Positions 1 to 8,956 of a stretch of DNA of 64,000 bases are shown one piece after another. Position 1 is the first letter of the stretch, and each line of letters starts with the position of its first letter. The notes beneath the pieces were generated by a model, which worked only from the letters and a program-made list of their open reading frames with translations, was not told the origin of the DNA and did no database searches. The position numbers and the translations under genes were made by a program. The stretch is from Smithellaceae bacterium (GTDB lineage Bacteria > Desulfobacterota > Syntrophia > Syntrophales > Smithellaceae), in NCBI GenBank assembly GCA_963667845.2, contig CAXXVL010000001.1, positions 1 to 64,000 of the forward strand, written 5' to 3'.

Positions 1-750
1 ATGAGATTCGGAATCCTTCGCCTCAATACTCAGTATCTTGTGGTAATCCAACATCGCCTGCTCTTTTTCGCTGATCCGTGCCCGGAAATAATACGCCTTG
101 ATGCTGGTGGGATCAAGTTCGATGGCCCGGCTGTATGCATCTAACGCTCCCTTGAAATCATCATGGTAATCGGAGACCGCATGTCCTTTTTCAATCCACT
201 CCGCCGCGGACAGTTCCTTGATCGATTTATCATATGCCGCCTTCTGCGCCACCCGGTTGCCGTCCTTCGCTGAAACCATCTCTTTGCGTAACCGTTCAAC
301 CTCTCGAAGCAATTCGTCCGATTTCTTTCTCATCGCTTCCAGTTCATTTGTCTTCTCACGGTCTTTGCGCAGTTGGCTGATCGACTGAACCACTTTATCT
401 GAATCGGCCGTTATCTTTGATTTGAGCCAGTACACATGACCGTCCCATTTTTCCGCGATAATTTCTGTCTGGACGATGCCGGCGGTTAGCGTTGTAATCC
501 GGTCTTTTGTAAGCTGGAAGTTCTTTACTTCCGTTTCACTTTCCAGATATGTGCCCAGTTCCTCCAGTAGCAGTCGCTTCACTTCGCGAAGGGCAATCAC
601 CCGGCTTGAGTTTTTGCTGTCTTCATCGCTGGCCTGATAGGAATATTCCTTGACGAAGGTCTTAGTCTTAGTTTCGGCAAAAGCAAGGTGGGTCACGAAT
701 AGGATAAATAAAGACAAGAAAAGGGCAATTATTTTTATTACACGTTTCAT
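1..750 (-). CDS. Secreted TPR-repeat protein (3' end runs off the window)
   Basis: Hand-translated open frame from ATG at 750: MKRVIKIIALFLSLFILFVTHLAFA (signal peptide), a coiled-coil region, then TPR-like 'GALDAYSRAIELDPTSIKAYYFRA'. Confidence 0.8.
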   Translation of the reverse strand, partial: MKRVIKIIALFLSLFILFVTHLAFAETKTKTFVKEYSYQASDEDSKNSSRVIALREVKRLLLEELGTYLESETEVKNFQLTKDRITTLTAGIVQTEIIAEKWDGHVYWLKSKITADSDKVVQSISQLRKDREKTNELEAMRKKSDELLREVERLRKEMVSAKDGNRVAQKAAYDKSIKELSAAEWIEKGHAVSDYHDDFKGALDAYSRAIELDPTSIKAYYFRARISEKEQAMLDYHKILSIEAKDSESH

Positions 751-883
751 CAATAGGCCTACCTTTCACCGATCACGAATCAGATGGTGTTCTCTATATC
801 GATTATAAATAAACCACAATACATTCTATTTGATTTGCTATTGAAGTCTAGTATTTTAGTCATGGTCGAAGATTTGTTTATTT

Positions 884-917
884 CAGGAAGCTATACGTAC
901 TAAATTCTGCTTTTCTT
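884..917. repeat. Left end: direct repeat CAGGAAG + terminal IR + subterminal motif TCTGCTTTTCTT
   Basis: 884-890 CAGGAAG; 891-903 CTATACGTACTAA; 906-917 TCTGCTTTTCTT, the reverse complement of AAGAAAAGCAGA at 2947-2958. Confidence 0.85.
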
Positions 918-970
918 ATTGATGTTAATCAGTTGTACATTGCATGAGTTTTCATATTTTTGTTCTTTCG

Positions 971-1863
971 TCAAGGACTGTGTTGGCTACAAACCGTTCG
1001 CTGCATAATCACCTCCATAGCTTTAAAGTAATCCCGCTGTACTTTAAGATTTGATATACGACAATAACGTTGCGTGGTCTTAACGCTGCTGTGTCCTAAA
1101 AGATCCTGGATGGTGGAGAGGTCAGCATCGGCATTCAACATCTGTGTGGCCATTGTGTGCCGGAGATGATGACAGGATAATTTGATCTTCGCTTTGCGGG
1201 CATAACGTTCCATGCGCCTCTGAATGCCGCGAATGGAGATAGGCTGCCCTTTGGATTCTCCCTTTTCGGACAGAAAGATTTTTCTTGCCCTGGCTGCCGA
1301 CCTTACTTTCAGGTAGCATGAAAGGGCTTGAAGAACATCATTGCTCATGTAGACGATCCGGTCTTTTCCTCCCTTACCGTCCTCAACCAAGATAGTTCTA
1401 CGTTTGACGTCTATAACACCCATGGTAAGGTTGGCTACTTCCTCCACCCTTAATCCGCAACGCAGCATCAGCATGAACATCGCTTTATCACGGTAACCTT
1501 TTACAACTTTAAAAAAGTCTTCCACCTGTTCGTCCCTTAAATGCCGGGGTAGAGGACGAGACATCTTCTGGATGTGGCTTCTGCGGACAGGATTGATAAT
1601 GGTTAATCCTTCTTCATCACGCAGGTAATGGTAAAACTGGCGAATACAGTTTACATGGCAGTTTATGGTCTTGGGAGCCAGCCTTTCCTCATCAGGTGAT
1701 CAATGTAGTGCGAGATCGTTAAGTGTGTCGCCTCCTCCAATGGAACATCCACCCAGATGACAAAGTGCCTAATGATGTTCAGATAGTTTTTCACGGTATT
1801 GGGTGAGCAGTTTCTCCGTTTCAAAAACCGCCTCCAGTTCATGATCGTGTCGGTCATCATCAT
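971..1863 (-). pseudogene. Tyrosine recombinase B (XerC/D-like, ~297 aa reconstructed), 1-bp deletion frameshift near 1682-1687
   Basis: ORF 1663-1863 (N-terminal SAM-like domain, SD GGAGG) joins the frame of ORF 971-1564 if one base is added at AGG-AAA-GG; catalytic motifs GLR, GKGGK, HHLRH, LGH, TQRY are intact. Confidence 0.85.
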
Positions 1864-2921
1864 TCTTGTTCCTCCTCTCTATCTTGGACATGGCTTTAAA
1901 ATATTCTTCCTCCCGGGTCTTATCGGTAAGCTGGGCGTATCGTCTCGTCTCTTCTATGGACCGGTGTCCCAGCAATACCTGCAGGCACTCCAGGCGCATG
2001 CCGGCATTGAGAAGCTCTGTGGCAAAGGTATGCCTGAGAGCATGAAGGCTATAACCCTTGTGAGTTAATCCTGCCTTTACTAGATATTTATGAAAGATCA
2101 TCCAGGCGGCACTGTAGGACATCGTATCCGTTCCCCCAGAGGGGCTATAAAAGAGATACTCCTCCCAGGTGTCTCTCTCCTTCAACCATTTCCGCAAAGC
2201 AGAAACAGCATCCTCGCTGAGGTAGACCACTCTACCCAAACGGTTTTTTTCACCTTCGTAAATCTCGATATTCCGTTCCTTAATGTGGACATCCATTACC
2301 TTCGTGTTCAGCAGTTCGCCTATCCGCATTCCCGTTCGCAACAGAATCAGAATCATGGCCCGGTCTCGCGTGTCTTTAATGACGGAAAGAAACTTCCGCA
2401 AATCTTCCGGATCAATGGCTTTAGGCAGCCGTTCCGGTAATCGCAGTCGTATCCTCCTGCTGAATATATCCGAGGAAACAATCTCTTCCTCCATGAGGTA
2501 ACGAAGAAAGGCCTGAACGCTCACAAGTTTTGTTCTTATCGTTGTAATCTTATTGCCCCTGTCCTGCTCGTGCTCGATAAATGCCTCTATGTCTTTTCGT
2601 GTGATTTCTTCAAGGCGTGTCCTGCCGTTATCCCTGATCATGCCAACAAAAAATGACTATCGCTTCGTAACGGCTGTGCAATGTTCTTGGTTTGCGGTTA
2701 CGTCTGGTCAGGTAGCGAAGATAACTCTCCACATGTTCCTTCCCCGGTAAACCCATTCCTGAAAGACGCTTCAGAATCTTGCCAAGGGCTTCTATGTTTT
2801 CCTCATGGTGGGATGTGAAACGCAATCTCGTTTGATGATAATCAGGTGTCTTAACGGCGGGTGAGATTATGCTTTCAGATGATAAATCTGTCTTCTGTAC
2901 TATACTCTCTATGTGGGTCAT
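1769..2921 (-). pseudogene. Tyrosine recombinase A (~383 aa reconstructed), 1-bp insertion in a T6 run at 2648-2653
   Basis: ORF 2628-2921 joins ORF 1769-2641 on removal of one T (ATT TTT GTT GGC ATG); motifs TGMR, GEKN, HALRH, LGH, TRRY; SD AAGGAGG. Confidence 0.85.
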
Positions 2922-2922
2922 T

Positions 2923-2990
2923 TCTGCCTCCTTTTCTTAAATCATCAAGAAAAGCAGATAGATGATGACCAATATTTATTTATCTGTCAA
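2923..2990 (-). promoter_or_regulatory. Putative sigma70 promoter for recombinase A, with an inverted repeat over the RBS
   Basis: Minus strand TTGACA (2985-2990), 17 nt, CATCAT; CTTTTCTT-N8-AAGAAAAG (2931-2954) overlaps the SD. Confidence 0.5.
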
Positions 2991-3018
2991 ACATCCACTT
3001 GGTACGTATAGCAGGAAG
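2947..3018. repeat. Right end: subterminal motif + terminal IR + direct repeat CAGGAAG
   Basis: 2947-2958 AAGAAAAGCAGA; 2999-3011 TTGGTACGTATAG; 3012-3018 CAGGAAG. Confidence 0.85.
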
Positions 3019-3049
3019 AACGTTACGAGATAAATCCATTATTGATGTT

Positions 3050-3229
3050 TTAATTTTCGGAAATGGTCACTTCTTGCATAATCAACCTACTATGATTGTC
3101 CGACAGGCAGGATGCCCGACGGCAATCTCCGTCTTTCCAACGGTTGATCAGAGCCGGTTCCCGGATAAATTGCCGAGACATGGAAATATAATCAGCAACC
3201 CCTTCCGCAATAAGATGTTCAACAAACAT
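3050..3229 (-). pseudogene. C-terminal remnant of an NADH:flavin oxidoreductase (old yellow enzyme family)
   Basis: Hand translation 'EHLIAEGVADYISMSRQFIREPALINRWKDGDCRRASCLSDN' resembles the OYE-like C-terminus. Confidence 0.65.
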
Positions 3230-3531
3230 TAAGAGAGCGGAGGCCGCCCGCTCGGATCAAGGGAATTGAGATTTTATCTTTAAAGGCGCGAGCGTCTACC
3301 CTGAAATACGCCTTCTTTTCTTCTGTATTGATGCCGACTCGGCTAGGAGGCAGGGGGGCGTCCAGTGCCGACTTAAGGGTGGCTACTTAGTAGCCATAGC
3401 TCGAAAGTACTTCGTGCGGTAATTCACATGCGACGTTACCTCATAGATTACTAAAATACGTGATTTCATGAAACACGTGACTCGTCTTGGTGTTTTTAAC
3501 TTTAGGGAATGGATTCATCATGGAAATCTTA

Positions 3532-6381
3532 TTATGGTATCGGCAGCTTGATGATCATACTAGTTCCCTGTCCAATTTGACTTTCCGCATGGATTGTTCC
3601 TCCGTGTCTGTTGATGATTCCCCGGGAAATAGAAAGACCCAAGCCCGTGTTCCCGACAGCCTTGGTGGTATAAAACGGATCAAAAATTTTATCAATCTTG
3701 TCGGCTGGTATTCCCTGTCCCGTGTCTTTAAAGATAATCTCCAGGAAACTTTTACCTTCGTTATCGGCAATTTGCCTGGTGTTAATAGTAAAGGTGCCGC
3801 CCTGGGGCATGGCGTGAATACCGTTGATAAGTAAGTTGACAAAAACCTGCTCTATCTGATTACCGTCAACGGAAACCATGGGCAAATCCGGTGTATACTG
3901 TTTTATCAACTGCACTTTACTCTTTAGGAATTCGTGATCCGTTAACGCCAGACTCTCATCGATCAGTGTCCGTATATCCTGATTGGCCAGAACAACCGAA
4001 TCCTTGCGGGCATAACTAATCAATCCCTTGACGATCACGTCGGCTCGCAGAACTGCCCTATGCAGCCTCTCGACCACCTCTGTCTGCAGAGAGTGGTCAC
4101 TGATGGTTGACTGCAGATAGTTAATTCCTTGCAGCATGATGGCCAGGGGATTTTTAATCTCGTGGGCGACGCCGGCAGCCAGAACCCCGATGGACGCCAT
4201 CTTCTCCTGCTGGATAATCATGACCTGTTTTTCCCGGAGTTCTTCGTAAGCCTTGATCAGTTCCAGATGCGTTTCTTTCAACTCAGACTGTGTTTTTTTA
4301 CGTTCCGTGACATCAAAAGTGGTCGTCCGGTTCTCGATATAATTACCTTCTTTATCCCGGACAGCCATTGAGTTGAGCAGCACTGAGAAAATAGACCCGT
4401 CTTTTCGCAGCACGTCAAATTCCAGATCACTAATCCAGCCCTGCTTTTTAAAAAGGGGAAAATATTTATCATAATTTATCCGGCTCTCCGGGGTAAGCAG
4501 CTCACTCCATTTTTTTCTGCCGACTATTTCATTCCGCTCATAGCCAATCCATTTAAGCTCGGTATCATTGATTCGGGTAAATATTCCGTCAGCCCCCAGG
4601 GTATGATAACCGCAGGGGGCATTATTATACAGTTCGCTGATTTCCTCTGCATAGTTTCTTAATTTAATTTCCGCCAGCTTGTGTTCGGTAACATCGCGAG
4701 AGACGCCCCGAAATCCGACCGGTTTTCCTTCTGCATTTCTGATCAGCGCTGCGGAAATTTCGCTGACTGTGTTTGTTTTATCCTTTTTAACCAGTTTTAA
4801 ATCATATATCTTCACAGGGTTTCCCGTCTTGAAGATTTGATTGAAGAGCAGATACAAATCTTTCGAACCTTTTTCATCGGAAAACAACCGGTTGTTTTCC
4901 CCGATCAATTCTTCTCGGGTATAGCCGAGATTTCTGCACTCCGCATCGTTAACAAACGTAAAATTACCGCGAAGGTCAACCTCAAAATAGCCCTCCGCCA
5001 TTTGCTCTATTATTGTTCGATATCTTTCTTCGGACTGGCGAATCGCCTCTTCCAATAGCTTGCGTTCAGTGATGTCCCTAAAGCTTACCACGGCGCCCAT
5101 GAGCTTGCCATCATTGGTGATCGGCATGCTGGAGTACTCCACGGGGAAATTGCTGCCGTCCTTGCGCCAGAGTACCTGGTCCGTGACATGGTTTTCGGTG
5201 GCGTTGGTGCAAGAAGCATACATGGGGCAGTCTTCCACCGGGTAGTTGGAGCCGTCCTTGTGGGAATGGTGGATCAGAGCGTGCGCTTTTTTGCCTAACA
5301 TCTCCTCTTCGGAAAACCCGAGCATGCGCAAGGCGGCGGGGTTGACGAAAGTCGTCTGCCCCTTGGTATCGACCCCGAGTATGCCATCTCCGACTGCATA
5401 AAGTAACAGGCGTTTGCTCTCTTCGCTTTGCCGAATGGCCTCTTTGGATCGGTCTGTGACATAGATAATGCCTGAAAAGAATATAATTAATAAGCTTACA
5501 GAAATCGTTGCCAGAATGCCGATCAATTTGTAATCCTGAATATGATTTGTCGGAGTCAAAAGCACGATCGACCATCCGTTGCTGTCAATCACCTTCCTGC
5601 AGACAAAATAATCCTTTCCTTCTAAAGTGACTTCCATGCCGTCGACAATTTCCTTTTCCATAACAGCTTCAGAGAGTTTATTGTCGAATTGCTGGGAAGC
5701 AATCAACTTCTCCTGTGTTATTTTGTCCAGCGGCCAGAGACTTTTAGAAACCATTGCCGGTGCGCTGGACAGAAAAATAATGCCGTCCGGGTTGATGAGA
5801 AAGCAAAAAGGGTATTTGCTGAAAAAGGTCTCCATCTCGTCAAGATTTTTTTTCATCGTGACCACGCCAAGCACCTTACCCGGAACATTCTGAACCGGGT
5901 AACTGGCATAGAAACCCTTCACTCCGGAAGCAATGCCCCGCGCTAAGTAGCGATATGGTCGGCCCTTGGCCGCTTCCTGAAAATAAGGACGAAAACGATA
6001 GGATTTTCCCACAAGACTGTCCGGATCTTTATGGTTGGAGGCTGCCACAGTCCTACCGTCGGCATTCATCAGGTACGATACGGAAGCGTTTAAATTGGAA
6101 TTGTATCTATCCAACGCGCTATTGGCATGCTCGATATCCTTTTCTCTTTTAGATATCAGTGCCGGAGCGATCCATGGAGAGCCAGCCAGGGATTTAACGG
6201 CCCCTTCAATGTTTGCGAATGTAGAGGATACATAGATGGACAGAGTTAATACTGAAGCCTGGCTTTCGGAGATGATTTCCTTCCGTGCATCATTGGCAAG
6301 ATAGTCCGTAACCAGCCAGCCGGCAACAATGACGCCCATTAATAGAACAATCGGTAATAAATAAAAGAGTCTTTTGTTCAT
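3532..6381 (-). CDS. Membrane sensor histidine kinase (Cache domain, 3 PAS, HisKA, HATPase)
   Basis: Two TM segments; 'YRFRPYFQEA' Cache motif; H-box GVAHEIKNPL; N/G boxes 'FDPFYTTK', 'GLGLSI'. Confidence 0.92.
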   Translation of the reverse strand: MNKRLFYLLPIVLLMGVIVAGWLVTDYLANDARKEIISESQASVLTLSIYVSSTFANIEGAVKSLAGSPWIAPALISKREKDIEHANSALDRYNSNLNASVSYLMNADGRTVAASNHKDPDSLVGKSYRFRPYFQEAAKGRPYRYLARGIASGVKGFYASYPVQNVPGKVLGVVTMKKNLDEMETFFSKYPFCFLINPDGIIFLSSAPAMVSKSLWPLDKITQEKLIASQQFDNKLSEAVMEKEIVDGMEVTLEGKDYFVCRKVIDSNGWSIVLLTPTNHIQDYKLIGILATISVSLLIIFFSGIIYVTDRSKEAIRQSEESKRLLLYAVGDGILGVDTKGQTTFVNPAALRMLGFSEEEMLGKKAHALIHHSHKDGSNYPVEDCPMYASCTNATENHVTDQVLWRKDGSNFPVEYSSMPITNDGKLMGAVVSFRDITERKLLEEAIRQSEERYRTIIEQMAEGYFEVDLRGNFTFVNDAECRNLGYTREELIGENNRLFSDEKGSKDLYLLFNQIFKTGNPVKIYDLKLVKKDKTNTVSEISAALIRNAEGKPVGFRGVSRDVTEHKLAEIKLRNYAEEISELYNNAPCGYHTLGADGIFTRINDTELKWIGYERNEIVGRKKWSELLTPESRINYDKYFPLFKKQGWISDLEFDVLRKDGSIFSVLLNSMAVRDKEGNYIENRTTTFDVTERKKTQSELKETHLELIKAYEELREKQVMIIQQEKMASIGVLAAGVAHEIKNPLAIMLQGINYLQSTISDHSLQTEVVERLHRAVLRADVIVKGLISYARKDSVVLANQDIRTLIDESLALTDHEFLKSKVQLIKQYTPDLPMVSVDGNQIEQVFVNLLINGIHAMPQGGTFTINTRQIADNEGKSFLEIIFKDTGQGIPADKIDKIFDPFYTTKAVGNTGLGLSISRGIINRHGGTIHAESQIGQGTSMIIKLPIP

Positions 6382-6519
6382 GCGTAAAATCTCTCAGTAT
6401 TTTTCACGATCTCCCCCAAGAGATGCATCGATAGCCAACGCTGGACGATACAAGCGGTTGTACGCCGCGGACGGCAGATGACAAAAGAAAAGCATGGAAA
6501 CCAGGCGCCCCTGACGCAA

Positions 6520-6912
6520 TTATCGTTGTAACTTCAGAGTTGCTTCAATCCGATTGACCAATTCTTCTGCACTGACAGGCTTGGCGATAAACTCTCTTCC
6601 GCCCATCATGCCCGCCGCCTCTTCCACCTCATTTTTCTGCACCATGGCTGTCATGAAGATGGTGGGAATATTTTTCGTCCGGGGATCTAGGAGAAGGTTT
6701 TCGGCGACGTCCGTGCCGCACATGTCCGGCATCATTATATCCAGCAATATCAAATCCGGCCGGAGCGTCTTGGCAATCTTTAAACCTTCTTCCCCGCCGT
6801 TGGCAGTCGTTACCTGAAAATCATGCCGCGTTTCATTCTGCAGATTGAGTTTGATGAAGAAGGTAAATGATTCTTCATCATCGATAGCCAATATATTGAC
6901 AGACTTTCCCAT
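6520..6912 (-). CDS. Single-domain response regulator
   Basis: ILAIDDE, DLILLDIMMP, FMTA, FIAKP. Confidence 0.92.
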   Translation of the reverse strand: MGKSVNILAIDDEESFTFFIKLNLQNETRHDFQVTTANGGEEGLKIAKTLRPDLILLDIMMPDMCGTDVAENLLLDPRTKNIPTIFMTAMVQKNEVEEAAGMMGGREFIAKPVSAEELVNRIEATLKLQR

Positions 6913-6934
6913 GTCGATGAACCTCTTTAATTTA

Positions 6935-7025
6935 TTATGCTAGAGGCAGCTGAATAATAAATCTTCCTCCCTGTTCCTCTGGTTTTCAGCGTAGGGTATT
7001 CCGCCGTGCATGTCAATGATTCCTT
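6935..7025 (-). pseudogene. Remnant of a histidine kinase HATPase C-terminus
   Basis: 'GIIDMHGGIPYAENQ' then, after a frameshift, 'EEQGGRFIIQLPLA*'; similar to the end of the 3532-6381 kinase. Confidence 0.5.
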
Positions 7026-7241
7026 GGTTGTTTGTGAGTTGTCTCATGATTCATTCCAATCGCCTCGAGGACGAGAATGCGAATACTTTTCAAATCATTT
7101 CACTGGAACACTTTCCAGGCTCAGGTTTTGCCCAAAGGCTCGGGGTCATCATATTTTTATCATTCAAGCTGCATCCCGGGAAACTAATAACGACGCCGCC
7201 TGACTAGTTATACCCGTTTATGGTAATTACCAGCTTCCTAC

Positions 7242-7458
7242 TTGATTCTTTCCGACTACGATCTTCCATAATACAATGGAATATTGGCTCTCGCTGAAGC
7301 AAAAAAAGACTCCCTAAAGTCCCATTCATTCTGGTCACTGGCGAACTTAAAGAAAGCGAAACCAGGATCAGAAATATTCTCGTCGGTGGTGCACGTGACT
7401 GTGTCTTGAAAGACTTCTTGAATTGCTACCGCCCGCCATTCACAAAGCTCTCAAGATG
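7242..7458 (+). pseudogene. Degenerate paralogue of the response regulator at 16744-17139
   Basis: 'LILSDYDLP*YNGILALAEAK..LPKVPFILVTGELKESETRIRNILVGGARDCVLKD..LLPPAIHKAL' aligns with it by eye; nonsense TAA at 7269 plus frameshifts. Confidence 0.8.
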
Positions 7459-7492
7459 AAAAGTGGGTTCCTTGGAACAGCAGTACTTCTAT

Positions 7493-7630
7493 TAGATTCG
7501 GACAATATCCCTGAACCGTCCGATGAAGTTATCGTAGTCTAATGGTTTTTGTAGAAGAACGGAATCCCCAACCGTTTGCACTCATCAATGTCTTTCGGGT
7601 TGTTCGAGGATGAGTCAAATACCGGGGATC
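7493..7630 (-). pseudogene. Remnant of an Rcp1-like response regulator C-terminus
   Basis: Broken frames give 'SSNNPKDIDECKRLGI..QKPLDYDNFI', comparable to '[29 protein letters not shown]' at 17178-17618. Confidence 0.45.
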
Positions 7631-8057
7631 ATCTCCCAGGTTTCCTGTTTGAATGCATTGATGGAGTATGTATTTCTTTTTTTTGAAAATAATTGTTCAA
7701 GATGTGTTGATATTATGGGGATTATGCCATATCTTTCTTCTGAAGTTAAAATTTATCTTTTTTCCCAAAAGTATTTGTTTGTGAAAAGGAGGCTTGGTTT
7801 CTTCATTAATTAGTGAATCTAGTGGATGTGGTTTTCCTTAATTCTTAAACGTCGCAGGAGGGCATATTGCAAAATCTCGTATTGGATAAAAAAGGTCTGC
7901 TGGAAATCCTAAAAAGATTGTTGAGAACAGAAACGGACTTGAACTTTCTCTTGAACTTGTCAGAGAGTGAATTAATAACGCTCGTGACCTGCATAAGGGA
8001 TAGATTTGATCAACTAGGAAAACAAACACACTAAATGCATCATCTAAGGGAGTTGGT

Positions 8058-8336
8058 ATGAATAAATCTGATTTGATCGACTCGTTGGCAAAGAAAGAAA
8101 ACCTGACAGATAAACAAGCAACGGAAATAATTAATTTAGTGTTTGATGGTTTTGCGGATGAACTTAAGCATGGCGGCAGGATTGAGATCAGGAGATTCGG
8201 TAGTTTTGCCATGAGGGAATATGGTGGCTATAAGGGCAGAAATCCTAAGACAGGAAATGCGGTAAAGGTCAAACCAAAGAGATTGCCTTTCTTCAAGGTG
8301 GGCAGAGAATTGAAGGAAAAGGTTGATGGTAAATAA
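8058..8336 (+). CDS. ihfB: Integration host factor beta / HU family DNA-bending protein
   Basis: MNKSDLI..RIEIRRFGSF..GRNPKTG..PFFKVGRELKE; SD GGGGAG. Confidence 0.85.
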   Translation: MNKSDLIDSLAKKENLTDKQATEIINLVFDGFADELKHGGRIEIRRFGSFAMREYGGYKGRNPKTGNAVKVKPKRLPFFKVGRELKEKVDGK

Positions 8337-8405
8337 ATTCTGTATATTATTCTTCCGATCACGTTTCTTCGTCTAATGGGGGAAGAAAGTTTTTCAGACT
8401 TTGAC

Positions 8406-8446
8406 TTGACATCAACATGCCTCCGCATATAGTGACGTCCGTCACA
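8406..8446 (+). promoter_or_regulatory. sigma70-like promoter with an overlapping palindromic operator
   Basis: TTGACA (8406), 16 nt, TATAGT (8428); GTGACG-TC-CGTCAC at 8432-8445. Confidence 0.65.
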
Positions 8447-8497
8447 AATGATACAAAAGCTCAGTGATTCTTCTACCGTCAGATGGGGGGCTTGCTT

Positions 8498-8810
8498 ATG
8501 GATACAGTTCTGAAGTATCAGCTTGGATGTTTCAAAAGTCTTTCAATTATCAACTGCATATGTTTTCTTGCCTTTATGTTTCTTTTGCTTTACTAAGGAT
8601 TTTGATGCTCGAATAGCGATCTTAATAATCGCCTGTATCCTCTATGGTCTGTCACTTTGGGCCTGGTGGATCCATCTAAAGGAATGCTCAACAATCATTG
8701 GCATCCTATCTTCTCAATATTTCCCTCGAATTCTTTTTCCGATATTAGTACAAATTATTGCATATTATGTCTTTGTGACAGCTTCGCAATCTATATATTT
8801 TTTCAACTAA
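8498..8810 (+). pseudogene. Small multi-TM membrane protein, frameshifted paralogue of 9111-9422
   Basis: Starts MDTVLKYQLG like MERVLKYQFG; an extra T near 8573-8575 (GCCTTTATG vs GCCTTATG) shifts the frame. Confidence 0.75.
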
Positions 8811-8956
8811 TACAATCCTTAGAAATAAGTCAAAATATTATAAGCATGGGAATCGAATGTTCGCGCCTGTTTATAATCATTTGTAATTACTTGATAAAAA
8901 GACAGCAATTTTGAAGGCGGGCGGGTCTCGGGACAATTGAAAAGTTCAAAGAGATT

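Larger units (their letters stand above)
891..3011 (-). mobile_element. 2.1-kb element with two tandem tyrosine recombinase genes, terminal inverted repeats and flanking 7-bp direct repeats
   Basis: Left end CTATACGTACTAA (891-903) and right end TTGGTACGTATAG (2999-3011) are inverted with 12/13 matches; CAGGAAG lies at 884-890 and 3012-3018; only two recombinase genes lie inside. Confidence 0.8.
8331..8857 (+). repeat. Copy 1 of a tandemly duplicated cassette (promoter, palindrome, membrane protein gene)
   Basis: Homologous to 8957-9471 with an offset of ~615 bp. Confidence 0.85.

Noticed and set aside
971..2921. Housekeeping xerC/xerD, integron integrase or RIT element
   Set aside because: The genes are tandem, overlapping and enclosed by IR/DR ends; no IntI-specific insertion or attC array was seen; there is no room for a third recombinase.
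3380..3396. Hairpin TGGCTAC-TTA-GTAGCCA as part of a riboswitch or ncRNA
   Set aside because: Isolated short stem; no recognisable aptamer motifs.
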